Under the pieces are notes generated by a model. The model was not told where the DNA came from and ran no database searches. It saw only the letters and a program-made list of their open reading frames with translations. The position numbers and the translations under genes were made by a program. From assembly GCA_964016885.1 (NCBI GenBank), contig OZ024742.1, forward strand, positions 107,818,001 through 107,882,000: a stretch of DNA of 64,000 nt, in the 5' to 3' direction. Positions 33,891 through 47,520 of the stretch are shown in pieces (within the stretch, counting starts at the first letter, position 1; every line of letters begins with the position of its first letter). Origin of the DNA: Eledone cirrhosa (lineage: Eukaryota).

Positions 33891-35804
33891 TTGTATGGGC
33901 TCCGCAATGACCACAAGACAGTTGACGACCCGACAACAGGACCACCAACAAGACCCGTATGCGGAGCAAATATAGCTAGCAACTACAGGATCTCCTACTT
34001 CCTCTCAATGGTTATACGCCCCATAATCAAGATGTCCCCAGATGTATGTGACAGTACAGAGGACCTCCTCAGCAGAATCAGTGAGTGCAACAAAAACAGG
34101 AACCTATCCAACTGCATAATAGGCAGCATGGATGTGGTATCACTGTACCCATCCATTAACATTGATATTGCTGTGGAAAAATGTGTGGAGATGATCATTG
34201 AGAGTGAGGTGGAGTTCTGCGACGTCGACACAGACGAACTGCGCCTCCTACTTAGACTTACCTACGACACTGACTACCTAGACAGCCATGATCTTAGACG
34301 TTTCTGCCCTAGTAGACCCATAAGAGGTAGAACCCCCCACCATAACCTCAATGGCTAAAAAGACTCCCATGGGAAGGTGGATTGGGTGGACCAAAGCTAT
34401 ACGGACCCCCCAAAAAACAATGATCAGGTAAGAAAAATGGTCGCACATGCAATAGGGGCTAGTATCAAAACTACCCTAAAGGGCCACATATTCAAGTTCA
34501 ACGAGAAGATCTACACCCAAAATGAGGGAGCAGCCATTGACGTCAGCATAGCTGGTGACGTTGCCAACCTTTTTATGGTATGATGGGAAAGGAGACTTAA
34601 AGATCTCCTTAATGAGAGCTCCATAGACCTCATCATGTACTCTCGTTACGTAGACGATATCAATATAGTTATAAGAACATCCTCACAAGAGAGCACTAAC
34701 AAGTTTGATTTAGAACGTAGCACAATGAAAAGCATTCAGCAGATAGCTAATTCCATACACCAGAGTATAACTGTAACTATCGACTACCCTTCCAAACACC
34801 CTAACAATAGACTACCTGTATTAGACACGGAACTCTGGATTAACACTATAGACGAAAGACCCCAAATTCTCCACTCACACTATGCTAAACCCATGGCCTC
34901 CAAATACCTGATACCCAAAATCTCAGCAATGTCCAGTAGTGCTAAGTTTAATATTCTGATCGCAGACTTGGTACGAGTGATGAAGAACGTGTCCCGCATG
35001 TGCGACCCAACAGAAATGGAAAGACACATCCAACACTTCATCAACCGCATGCAGTTCTCTGGCTTCAACCAGAGAGACAGAATCAGAGTATACGAAGGAG
35101 CCACGGAGAAGTATAAGACCCTCATAGAACTGGACATGAAAGGAATTTGCCCATTATACAGGAGCAAATCATGGAATAGCTTAGATAGGGCTAGACATAA
35201 GATAGGGAAAGCCACCTCATGGTACGACAACCAGAGATACCAGAGTGTCATGTTTGTGGACGCTACCCCTGGAGGGAAATTAGCTAACCAGTGTAGAAAG
35301 GCCCTGAGAAAGACCCACTTAAAGATTAAGGTGGTAGAAAAGCCAGGAACCACCATCAAATCCCTGATCAGCAAAACCTACCCTTTTAAGAAAACCCACT
35401 GTACTAATAGGAAATGTATTATATGTAAGGTAAACCCCCGGATAAACTGTAAAACTAGAAACGTAGTCTATAGCATAATATGTACAGAGGGTACTTGCAG
35501 AAACATGACAACAACATACATAGGCGAGACAGCTCGTAGCATAGGTGAAAGGATAGACCAACACTGGGGGGAACTAAAAGGACGAAAAAACGGTTCAGTA
35601 CTATACGAACATGCCAGACAACAACATGACGGTAACATAGACAACATAGAAATTAGAATAATATCTAAACATAGAAATGACCCAGCAGATAGGCAAATCA
35701 GAGAGGCCAGTGAAATAGAACTTAGAAGGCCAAGGTTAAACAGAAAAAATGAATGGAATAACAACAACACCCAAACAAACAACACTGACCTAAGAGAAGT
35801 ATAA
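33891..35804 (+). pseudogene. PLE polyprotein, broken by frameshift and stop
   Basis: YGLRNDHK, TRPVCG, SMDVVSLYPSI, YTQNEGAAI..VANLFM, YSRYVDD, LPVLD; GIY-YIG as NVVYSIIC..YIGETARSIGERIDQH..RE..RPRLN. Confidence 0.9.
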
Positions 35805-36072
35805 ATAAATAAATAAATAAATAGATAAATAAATAAATACATACACAAGCACAATAACAACAAACACATATAAACACACACTAGTAAAGATAGAATACAT
35901 TAACCAATACACAGTCACCCAATCACGAACACACATCAAACAAAACACTATACACACACGCAAACGCATGCGCAAAGAAGACAAAAACAAAAAATAAACA
36001 AATAAATAAATATATAACCAGACTAAATAAAGATGGCGTAGAAAATACGATGCAACGGGAGGAAACAATAGC

Positions 36073-36113
36073 ACCACTGACGATTTTGCAGATGTGCAAC
36101 GAAAGAACTTTGA
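36073..36113 (+). ncRNA. Degenerate minimal hammerhead in the PLE 3' region
   Basis: CTGACGA-TT-TTGCA/TGCAA-C-GAAAG-AA-CTT; weak stem I; homologous to the motif at 63101-63143. Confidence 0.55.
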
Positions 36114-36362
36114 TAAACTATATATATATGTTTGTGTCTATATTATATCTGTATTTTTGACCGTTGGTCAGTCAATGGCAACATTGAGGACCGAATAACT
36201 TAAGTTACCGATATAAAAGACACAGAAGCGAAAAGCGAAAACCAACCAAACAGTGAGTGTGTTCTGTTATTAATTCTGGCAATATTACACAAATATGACC
36301 CTCCCCAAGTATAACAATATTTGTTTCGACATACAATTTCATATCAAAAACCTCGCAAAACT

Positions 36363-36406
<44 letters not shown>

Positions 36407-36413
<7 letters not shown>

Positions 36414-36708
36414 TAAAATTAGTCCTTCATCAGTGATCTTCCAACCTTCATTGGTATATCTTCGCTTTAAAGATCATATACCTCTGGTTGGTGCGAGCAA
36501 TAACTAAAGAAACTTATTGGGACACATAAAATAGGGTTAAGCGAGCGAGACATGTAAACAAACATAGAATAAAATGCAACGGAAAGAGAGGAAGAGGAGA
36601 AACAAGTCCGTTATTGCTCGCACCAACCAGAAGTATATGATCTTTAAAGCGAAGAAATACCAATGAAGGTTGGAAGATCACTGATGAAGGACTAATTTTA
36701 TTCATATG
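36407..36708. repeat. Inverted repeat, ~95-bp arms around a ~105-bp spacer, within (TA)n
   Basis: ATGAATAAAATTAGTCCTTCATCAGTG...GCAATAAC versus GTTATTGC...CACTGATGAAGGACTAATTTTATTCAT. Confidence 0.88.
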
Positions 36709-36739
36709 TAACCCATGTGCAACCACGCAGCACACCACT

Positions 36740-36776
<37 letters not shown>

Positions 36777-37497
36777 AAAATGAGTTTCTTTTAGATTAAA
36801 AAAAAACGAGATGCCCTACACGGGTGAAAGTATAACGAATCGATATCGAAAATGCAACTGGAGTCTTTTTAAGAATATTTATTTTATTTCCTTTACCGGT
36901 TTCACAGTTCTTATGCTTTTCAAAAGTAGATGTGAAAGAGTCGGGACCCCGGCGGCTGAGCTCTTGCCGTTTCAACTGTTGAAACAAGAGCTCAGCCGCC
37001 GGGGTCCCGACTCTTTCATATTACTACACTTTACTACTCAAAGTATCGAGTAGTCTGTGAGTAATGGTCCAACAGGTTTTTACTGCACCTTATATATATA
37101 TATATATATATATTCTACGAAGTAGAGTTTCGTAGAATCGAGACATATCTGAGGATCTTGCGATTTCAAAGTCAGGTTTGATCATTGCATCGATCGTGCC
37201 TCGAGTTGGTCGCCAGAGAAACGATTGTAATATGTCTAATAAATCTTATTCGTCGTACCACTGATTCTCCGTTTCTTATGTGATATTATACTCTGCTCTG
37301 TAAGAGCAAGCATCGAGTGCTCAAACGGCATACCACTTACGGACGCTTTAAACATCCCACACCAATTATATATATATATATATTGGTAAACGGAATAGAA
37401 AATGCTGACAAATTGTTCACAGTTGAAAAAAGGTTTAATTAGGAATAAAAGAGTATTAGTGATTGTATGGGTTAGTATTCAGTTGTGGTTTTAAGTT

Positions 37498-37539
<42 letters not shown>

Positions 37540-38317
37540 ATTGCTATTACTTCAAAACGGAAAACAATATGAAATCATATAAGATGAAACCATCCTGCAT
37601 CAAAAAGTATTACGATCATAGAATTAATATAGTATAACTAAATTCAATTAGCAAATAATATTTATATGACAGGGAATTAATAGAAAGAATGGACAATAAT
37701 TAATGAAACACTGTGCACATTTTAAGAAACTACAATGCGTGTAAGACATTATCACAACAGGATATTTCCACTTCCACGCATTAGCATTTTCCATAGTTAT
37801 ACACAATTCAATAACAGATTTCATTTTGATTACATTCACTAACAAATACATCAAAATTAATTGCGCAGCACTATTTAGTGAATGTCCGAGATTGTATATT
37901 GAGGGTTATTAAGGTTTCCATGAACTATGTTTATATATGTTGAGATAAGACAAAGGTGATTCTTAGATGTTTTAGGACGAATGCTCGGAAGTAATAGTTG
38001 TAATGCTCGGTTCACGGTCATAAAGTAGTGAGTTCGATTAATATACACATACACATATATGTATATACACGTATATAAACATACATATATACATTTATAC
38101 ATACATATAAACATATATACATACATCCAGACACACACACATATATATATGTCATATACATAACCATAGATATACATATATATATATATATATACATACA
38201 CACATATACATAAAGGTATCTATATTTGAAGTTCTAGTTAAACTTTAATTAGTTACCTACCTAGCTGTGTGTGCTTACACACTTTACAAATTATTCCCTG
38301 TGATTGTTTCATATGTT

Positions 38318-38358
<41 letters not shown>

Positions 38359-38589
38359 AATCAATTTCTAGTTGATATAAAATGTTCGGATCTATTCATT
38401 GGAATGTTTGAGCATATTCTGCAGTGGATATGGCGCATGTCTCTCAGACATGACACCCGTAATTCAATTTTGGATATATATATAAATATATGCATTTATA
38501 CACATACACACATACACGTTAAATACGGTTAATTTCGCAGAGCATTTCTAAAGTGAATTATTCGTCATCTCACCAACATCTTAAATACC

Positions 38590-39160
38590 TTAACCATATG
38601 AGAGGTGAGTGTGATTGGACGGCAATTCACTGCAAGGGACTTGATGCCCTTTTTAAAAAGTGGGGCTACAGACTGGAACAGAAAGATTTTAGGTATATAG
38701 CCAGTGTCTAGTGAGTTCCTTCACAGGTTAGCTTGAGGAGATGCAAGTTGGTGTCGACACACCTTCAGGACACTAGCAGGAAACTTATCGGAGCCTACTA
38801 CTGAATTGTGTTTAATTTCGTTTTTTATCGCTAAGACAACAGGGGCGCCAAACGTTATGTCAAATATAATGTATTACTGATACAGCCCAGATCAGCCATA
38901 TCAGGATTGAGAAAAACAGAGCAGTATTGTTTCTGTAGTATCTCACCCATGTTTTCAGCATTGTCTCGGAGAGAGCCATTTTCATAAATCAGAAGGCCAA
39001 CAGTGAAAACAGCGGCCTCGTGCTTTTTCGCAAATGAAAAAAACATTTTGGGATTGAGTTTGATTTTCTCAATGGCCAATTCCTCCTCAGATGTTCTCTG
39101 ATTATTAATGATGATCTTCATGTATTGCTGCAGATTATACTTTTTGGATTCGAGCTGAAA
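38590..39160 (-). mobile_element. CR1-type LINE fragment (same family as 49.6-52.1 kb)
   Basis: IEKIKLNPKMFFSFAKK..MGEILQKQYCSVF matches ~50110-50700 in reverse. Confidence 0.85.
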
Positions 39161-39996
39161 TTTAGAAGCGATTCTTCTTTGTTGTTGCTGTTGCAGTTAA
39201 GATACGTACTTACAAGTTTGTGGGTAAACACGTGGTTACAAAAACATATATTTTTCGGAGGGGGGGGGGTGTTCAGTTAGGCTGTGTGGTTTGCCACTGA
39301 CTTTTTAGGACAGCCTTAAATCCACGTCTGTATATTTCAACACACACACACACAGGCAAGCACATACACACACACATACACACATACACACACAGAGGCA
39401 AGCACATACACACACAGAGAGGCAAACATACACACACACACGTGCACACACACACATACACACACGCATAAATACATATCGAGCGTTCAATTATTATATA
39501 TATATATATGATGTCTGTTTACAAGACATTCTTATATTTGACAAATGGATTTTTTATTGCTAGAAATCCTTCACAATTATTGTTTTACATTCATCTTTAA
39601 AAACTCTCAATATTATTCGGCGAATATAGGGTCATTATAAGAACATCTTATCTGTTCATGCTTGAAAGCAAAGCTTACAACTTAATTATTTACGCTCTTC
39701 TTGGTATTAGTCCAGTTCCTTGTGTATTTTCGTTCAAATGTTTTGGAGATTTACTAAACTATACATTTTTGGAAACGTTAGGATGTATTGAACACACAAA
39801 TGAATGTTCCCATTTTTTAGGGTTCCGAACATGGCCGTCTTAGGGCTTCAAAATGGCGACCGTTTGAAATCTAAATTTACCAATATATCCACTTCCAAGC
39901 CATGTAGCTTTTTACTTTCAGTGGCTAAACTTACATTTCTCTCTGCATTCTACAGGTACTGTATGTTTTCCACCGAAGAAAGATGGGGAAATATTG

Positions 39997-40383
39997 TAAT
40001 AATTGTTTCTACTTTAGGCACAAGGCCTGCAATACCCCAGTGCATTACTAGTACTTTATTTTATCGAACCCGTAAGGAGGCAAGGCAAAGTTAACCTCAG
40101 CGGGATTCGAACGCAAAGGGCCATAACTCTATGCTGCAAAGCATGGTGTCTGACGCTCTAACGATACTGCCAATCTCACGCCCTTATTAGAAATATTGTA
40201 ATAATTGTTTCTACTTTTGGCACAAAGCCAGCAATTACCCAGTGTATTACTGGTACTTTATTTTATCGACCCCGTAAGGATGAAAGGCAAAGTTAACCTT
40301 GGCGGGATTTGAACTCAGAATGGCAAGGGCCGTAACTTTATGCGTCAAAGCATGGCGTCCGACCCTCTACCGATACTGCCAAT
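39997..40383 (-). mobile_element. Two tandem family A SINEs
   Basis: Reverse complements of the SINE consensus at 39997-40185 and 40199-40383. Confidence 0.88.
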
Positions 40384-40404
40384 GATATATATATATATGT
40401 ATGT

Positions 40405-40467
<63 letters not shown>

Positions 40468-40554
40468 TATATACATACATATATATATATATACATATAT
40501 ATATATACACACATATATATATACTTATGTATGTATGTATAATTGTATGTATGC

Positions 40555-40603
<49 letters not shown>

Positions 40604-40675
40604 GATCAATTACAAGAGGTAGGTTAGCTATTCAAAACACTCAAAATCTGTTTACTTTATATTATCCTTTATTTA

Positions 40676-40858
40676 TTGGCAGTATCGGTAGAGGGTCGGA
40701 TGCCATGCTTTGAAGCATAGAGTTACCTCCCTGTATGATCTGAGTTCAAATCCCGCCGAGGTTAACTTTGCCTTTCATCCTTCCGGGGTCGATAGAATAA
40801 AGTACCAGTAATGCACTGGGTAATTGCTGGCCTTGTGCCAAAAAGTAGAAACAATTAT
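40676..40858 (+). mobile_element. Family A SINE
   Basis: A-box TGGCAGTATCGG, B-box GAGTTCAAATCCC, central TTTGCCTTTCATCCTTCCGGGGTCGATA, 3' end GGCCTTGTGCC..AGAAACAATTAT. Confidence 0.9.
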
Positions 40859-40956
40859 CCTTTATTTCTTAGTTTCAGTAAATTCTTCGCATTTCTGTAA
40901 CATATTTCCACATTTCTCTGTTATATATATTACTGTGGTTACTCCCGATTGAACAC

Positions 40957-40991
<35 letters not shown>

Positions 40992-41216
40992 ATATATATA
41001 TATATCTATCTATATATATATGTTATTCGTAGGTGACGACAATGTCAAACGGACGGTAGATTTTGGAGAAATTGAAAGCAATGATGTTAGTGTGTTACCT
41101 GCTATTTTATTTACCTGTCCCAATATTTTGAGACTAAAATCCCCCCATCAGAAGATTATAATAATAAACTGGTTTGAAGTCTTTTCTTTTTGTTGTTATA
41201 GGCACGCCAGTTAGAT

Positions 41217-41598
41217 GGCGGTTGATTACCAGTATCGGTAGAACGTCGGGCGACATGTTTTGCGGCATATACGCAAAGTTCAAATCTCGCCGAGGTTATC
41301 TTTGCCTTTTATTCTTACGGGGTTGAATAAATAACGCATTGGGGTTGATTTAATTGATGTTTCTCTCCCTCAACATTTTTGGCCTTGTCCTTAAATTAGA
41401 AACCATTATTAAGTGTAAGGCGGTGGATTGGCAGTATCGGTAGAGGGTCGGACGCCATGCTTTCCAGCATAGTTACGTCCCTTTACGATCTGAGTTCAAA
41501 TCCCGCCGAGGTTGACTTTGCCTTTCATCCTTACGAGGTCGATAAAATAAAGTACTGGGAAATTGCTGGCCTTGTGCCTAAAGTAGAAACAATTATTA
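41217..41598 (+). mobile_element. Two tandem family A SINEs
   Basis: Copies at 41217-41410 and 41417-41598, each ending in ATTATT. Confidence 0.88.
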
Positions 41599-42077
41599 AG
41601 TGTATTTCACAAAGTTCTTCTACCGGAAGAAATCAAATTTAAACAAAACTATTCTAGCACGAAGAAGATAAGCAATTACAGGAGTCCAGTCAATGTCCTA
41701 GTAGCTCCAGAATAAGAAAATGTTCGTGCTGTTCTGGGCTCTGACAAAAAAATCATTATGGTCCATGATTATTTACAATTAACGCGAAAGCAATCACTTA
41801 TAATTCAATGTTCTCAGCTTTGACAAAAATAATTTTGCTGTAAGATTATTTACAACAATTAATGGCAATGTAATCACATATTCCCACGTGAACACTATAA
41901 AAACATCCATATGATACGATATGTGAGAATCACCATTATACAAAAAAGTGCACTATTTTCTTTCAATCCATTATATTAACCTTAAAGCAAGTTAATAATT
42001 ACAAACCTACTTTTCATTAACTTGTAATTTTACCAAGCCATAATTTCTCTACTCACAATACTCCATCGTATATATAT

Positions 42078-42170
<93 letters not shown>

Positions 42171-42296
42171 CACAGACATATATATACACAAAAATACATA
42201 CACGTGTGTGTTATAAATGAAAGAAATCGAAATAAGGAATAAAGAATGGCATTTGATAGTGGGAGGTAAACATAGTTAACAATTAGAAGTGTGTAT

Positions 42297-42359
<63 letters not shown>

Positions 42360-42849
42360 AAAGTGTATATATGTGTGTATTGGTACACCGTTGGTACGGA
42401 CAATGAGTGCTTGTGTTTGACCAACGTAACTCTCTGCTCAAAGTGTCTGTGTATGGCATTAACACGTGTATCTTTAACGTAGTTTTCATTTTCATTGTGT
42501 GACAAAGCCGCCCCTATTTTTGTCAGCTGAATAGAGTAAAAAAATGTTGAATCATATTAATTTGCCCAAAGACATACCGCTTACTGGTGACTCGAATTCC
42601 TTACCAACCAACTGTCATACTTAAGCATTCAATTAAATTATAATTGCTTGCATATTCCACCCACACTCATGTATCCTTATCGTAATCGCGAGGCAGAATT
42701 ACGTTAAACGTACACGTATCTGTGGAATGTTCAGCCCTTTGAACTTTTAGTCTTGGCAGCTCCGTTGTTTTGAACAATTAGAACACTCTACATGATACAA
42801 ATCATCCTTGATTGTGAGTGACAATAGTACTTTAAACATTTTCCTGAAC

Positions 42850-43261
42850 ATCGGTAGAGCGTTGGACACCCTGCTTCGCGGCATAAAGTTACGGCTCTTT
42901 ACGTTCTGAGTTCAAATGCCGCCGAGGTTAGCTTTGCCTTTCATCCTTAAAATGAAGCACCAGTAAGTACTGGGGTCGATTTAATCGACTTTCCTCTCCC
43001 TTAAAATTGCTAGCCTTGTGTCTAAACTAGAAACAATATTACGTACAGATTGGCAGAATCGGTAGAGCGTCGGACGATATTCTTTGTGGCATAGAGTTAC
43101 GACCCTTTACGTTCTGAGTTCAAATCCCGCCGAGGTTAACTTTGCCTTTCATCCTTACGAGGTCGATAAAATAAAGCACCAGCAATGCACTGGAGTTGAT
43201 TTAATCGACTTTCCCCTCCCCCCCAAATTGCTGACCTTGTGCCTATAGTAGAAATCAATAT
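42850..43261 (+). mobile_element. Two tandem family A SINEs
   Basis: Copies at ~42850-43040 and ~43048-43261 with B-box and central block. Confidence 0.88.
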
Positions 43262-43562
43262 CGCGTACAGTTAAAATAAAAGAAAATCTGTAACAACGAA
43301 CACTTAAAGTTATATTTTCGACTATAAAACAGTATCACTATAAATGAAGATCAAATTCGAGTTATAATCTTTCGTTATACCAGAATAAATATATACTGAA
43401 CTTCAAATAAAGTCATAGAAAACTGAAGAAGTCCAACAGAAAATCTTCAGAGACATTCAAAAGATTTGTAACGACTGATTAAGTTCTATGATCTAGATAG
43501 GAAGAATAATGCATCACAAACAAGGTGATTCGTAAACTGATTGATTTGGGTATATTAAGTAG

Positions 43563-43750
43563 AGTGGTGGATTGGCAGTATCGGTAGAGGGTCGGACGCA
43601 ATGCTTTCCAGCATAGTTACGTCCCTTTACGATCTGAGTTCAAATCCCGCCGAGGTTGACTTTGCCTTTCATCCTTACGGGGTCGATAAAATAAAGTACC
43701 AGTAATGCACTGGGTATTTGCTGGCCTTGTGCCTAAATTAGAAACAATTA
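43563..43750 (+). mobile_element. Family A SINE
   Basis: Complete consensus-like copy; its tail runs directly into the 14-bp array. Confidence 0.9.
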
Positions 43751-44300
43751 TCTAGAGTACATAATCCAGGGTATATGATCTAGGGTATATAATCTAGGGC
43801 ATATAATCCAGGGTATATAATCTAGGGTATATAATCAAGGGTACTTAATCCAGGGTATATAATCTAAGGTATATAATGTAGAGTATATAATCTAGGGTAT
43901 ATAATCTAGGGTATATAATCTAGTGTATATAATCTAGGGTACATAATCTAGGGTATTTGTTCTATAGTATATGTTCTGTGGTATATGATCTGAGGTATAT
44001 ATTCTAGGGTATATAATTTAGGGTATATATTCGAAGGTATATATTTTGGAGTATATATTCTGAGGTATATTTTATTTTATAGTGTATATATTCAAATGTA
44101 TATATTTGGGGTATATAATCTGAGGCGTATATTCTAGGGTATATATTTTAGTGTATATAAACTAGAGTATATAGTCTGGGATATATATTATAGGGTATAT
44201 ATACGAGGGTATATATTTTGGAGTATATATTCTAGAGTATATATTCTGGAGTATATATCCTAGGGTATATAATCTAGCGTATTTATTCTAGGGTATATAT
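43751..44300. repeat. 14-bp minisatellite, consensus TCTAGGGTATATAA/T, about 39 units
   Basis: Contiguous 14-mers without spacers; more uniform near the SINE, more diverged distally. Confidence 0.92.
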
Positions 44301-44558
44301 ATTCATCTCTTTAAGTTATCTATGAATCTAAGCTAGTATTCCACAAGAATTCTTGATTGATGTAGATGTGTTTGAATCAACTCCGATCTATGAAATAGAG
44401 GACGAGACATTTGTGTCTGAAAGAGAAATAAAGCCTGTGATTGCTCTAGAGGTTTGAATATGATATAAAGTAGGATATGAAGTAAGCCGAGTGATTCGGG
44501 TGTATAATCAAGTATATACACTATAACTTCATATATAGTATATTATAACCTCATATAT

Positions 44559-44623
<65 letters not shown>

Positions 44624-45143
44624 AATATATTACACAAAGAGAAGCGTGTTACACAGTGAGATGTGTGTAAAGATAAAACTCTAATTCAGAGATTTGATTC
44701 TGACTTAGTTTTTTTTCTATTTAATTGCTAAACCTGTAGATATTGTTCTCTATACAGTAACGGTAAAACTAACTTGTAATAATTCTTTACACACATCTCA
44801 CTGTGTAACACGCTTCTCTTTGTGTAATATATTTGCATTTGTTTGAGCTCAGAAGAAAATTCTCTATTCTTCTTTGAGCTAATATTATTATCATCCTTAC
44901 AGGGTCGATAAAATAAAGTACCAGTAATGCACTGGGTAATTGCTGGCCTTGTGCCTAAAGTAGAAACAATTATTATTATTACTGTGAACTGCGTTTTTTG
45001 TATATATATACGCAAAGAGATATTTAATTTGTTGGTTATTCAACAAATTTATTTATAACAGATTCGAAGCACTCTACAGATTTTCTGGAGTATAATATCA
45101 ATGATATTTATAAATGGAAACTATATTTATAAAAACATATTTA

Positions 45144-45198
45144 TTTTATTATATATATTTCAAGTACCAACATTTTGGTACGCTCTCATCAGATAAAA
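45144..45198 (-). ncRNA. Type I hammerhead ribozyme motif in PLE-like terminal sequence
   Basis: TTTTAT-CTGATGA-gagc-GTACCAA/TTGGTAC-tt-GAAA-TATAT-ATA-ATAAAA: 6-bp stem I, long stem II, palindromic minimal stem III, AUA site. Confidence 0.6.
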
Positions 45199-45396
45199 TA
45201 CAAAACTTGTTTTATAAATGGTGACATACCAAAGAAACCAGACCTTATCGGTTCAGGTTCATAAATATGGTTTTATAGATATAGTTTCCATTTATTAATA
45301 TCATTGTATATATATATGTAAGTTGAAACAATGAAATAACAAATCAAGTCATTAGAGATATACTTCACTGCTTTACGATCGTTTCTAGATCGTTTC

Positions 45397-45465
<69 letters not shown>

Positions 45466-45519
45466 CGTTTCTGAATTTGTTTAGCAAAATTCTTTATCTG
45501 AAAACGTGTGTTGAAACCG

Positions 45520-45736
45520 ATATTGTTATACTTTGGGAGGGTCATGTTGCCTATAAGAAACACACGCACCAGTTGCTTTCACTTCAATTTATTATAAATT
45601 AAATTTATGAATTTATGAATTTATAAATTTCCGGTTGGTTGGTTCCACAACCAACCAACCGGAAATTTATAATAAATTGAAGTGAAAGCAACTGGTGCGT
45701 GTGTTTCTTATAGGCAACATGACCCTTCCAAAGTAT

Positions 45737-45743
<7 letters not shown>
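45520..45743. repeat. Fold-back palindrome of a PLE 3' terminus
   Basis: ATTGTTATACTTTGGGAGGGTCATG.../...CATGACCCTTCCAAAGTATAACAAT; terminus matches the PLE end at 36295-36318 and 62957-63080. Confidence 0.85.
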
Positions 45744-45789
<46 letters not shown>

Positions 45790-45792
<3 letters not shown>

Positions 45793-46086
45793 GATGGCTG
45801 CCAACTCGTTTTCGAGTACGGCCACTACTTTATATCCATGTAGGAGAACCCCTACCGATGCGCTGAACGAGTGTGACTTTTTAGTCCAGCCAGCGACTTG
45901 AAAACTCTGGTACAAACACTACACTTGTGACAATTATTGACACATAGTGCTGGGCCCATGGTACCATGTGATGACAAGTGCAGAGAGATCTCCAGATATA
46001 AAGCAATGCTTGTGCCGTGAAGCTTTAATAGTGAGCAAAGGCACTGCACAAAGGCAGTCCCACTCTCTTAACCAAGATGATATTTA
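45790..46086 (-). mobile_element. LINE 3' tip with C2H2 finger (RTE-like); second copy 54650-54995 (+), fragment 55461-55483
   Basis: CSVCTRVFKSLAGLKSHTRSAH motif; the two copies are near-identical and end at GTTGGCAGCCATCAT plus microsatellite. Confidence 0.7.
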
Positions 46087-46209
46087 CCATATTTACTTAC
46101 GTATGTCAGGTCACCAGTTGGTGGTACTGGTAACATGTATCCCAGTACAACCTGTCTCATGGTCGGGTCGTTGGCGATGTATATATATACATGCATACAT
46201 ATATACATA

Positions 46210-46303
<94 letters not shown>

Positions 46304-46983
46304 AAATCTTCTACAAGACTAGAACTGTTTCATTCGTATTATAGTTAATAAATAAAACAAAACAAAACAGAAGAAGCAAAATTACACAGTTATATTAGGT
46401 TCACACATACGCACACATATATATATATTATATTCTAGGGTGTATATCCATTCTTTTGAATTAACCAAAAATGGAAGCCAGTATAATACACGAGTGAGGT
46501 GAGTTTGTTTGAACCAACTCCAGCGATTTACTGCCAATGGAAGAAATACTGATAAAAATAGTTTCCATATCGATTTGGCTGCTGATTTCGCAGAATGAGG
46601 GCATTGGGCAAAGTGCCACATTGTATTTAGTTACGTCCTTAAGTCAAATACACGAGTCAAACAAATACGTAGTTGTCAAGTAAGGTTTCATATTGAATCT
46701 TTCACACAAAAGTATGACTTTGTGACTGTTGACCCATTCCTGACCAAATATTCTGATGAAATCTTCTGTATTTTAATTAATTATTGAAAAATGTGAATGT
46801 TTTCTATGGAATCATTAATTATTTCATTAAGATAGTATTGATAATATAACGCAAAAAGATGTTAAATATAAATAGGAATCCTATAAAATGAATAATTTGG
46901 TTTTAAAATATCAGAAGCGGTTGCGGGCAGGGTGGTATCAAAATTGTTAAAACACACTATTTTAAAAATTGGTCTTAAATGAA

Positions 46984-47111
<128 letters not shown>

Positions 47112-47276
47112 ACACACATACAGCTAGATCTGAACGCGTTCGGATCTAATTGTCGAAACGGCCGGAACTCAGCCGCCTGGGCCCTGACTCTTTTCCTATT
47201 ACCCACTTTACTACCCTAAGTATCGAGTAATCTGGTGCGTTATGGTCCATCTGGTATCTTACCACACCTTATTTGT

Positions 47277-47312
<36 letters not shown>

Positions 47313-47476
47313 AAAATAAAAAAATTAAATCTGGCTGATCAGTGGATCTGCTAATATGCAGATCTTACTGATCAGCCAGTCTGCTAATATGCAAATCAGG
47401 CAGATCAGTCACTGTGTATTTTTGAAAATAGCATATATTTTCACTAGCTCTGACAGTTTGGCAGGTGAACAGTGAG

Positions 47477-47520
47477 CTGTACTGATGAAGGGTGATACCC
47501 AGAAACATTAGTGTCTGCAG
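47477..47520 (+). ncRNA. Type I hammerhead ribozyme with complete core
   Basis: CTGTA-CTGATGA-a-GGGT gat ACCC-a-GAAACA ttag TGTC-TGCAG: three stems, GUC cleavage triplet ending at 47515. Confidence 0.75.

Larger units (their letters stand above)
33532..36322 (+). mobile_element. Penelope-like element (RT + GIY-YIG), 5'-truncated, with an inverted copy of its 3' terminus at the 5' end
   Basis: 33532-33633 is the reverse complement of ~36207-36307; coding remnants lie between; hammerhead-like core at 36077-36104 in the 3' region. Confidence 0.9.

Noticed and set aside
40676-40760. tRNA gene
   Set aside because: A and B boxes are present but there is no cloverleaf; it is the head of a multi-copy SINE.
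43751-44300. CRISPR array or telomeric tract
   Set aside because: Contiguous 14-mers with no unique spacers, no cas genes, and not (TTAGGG)n.
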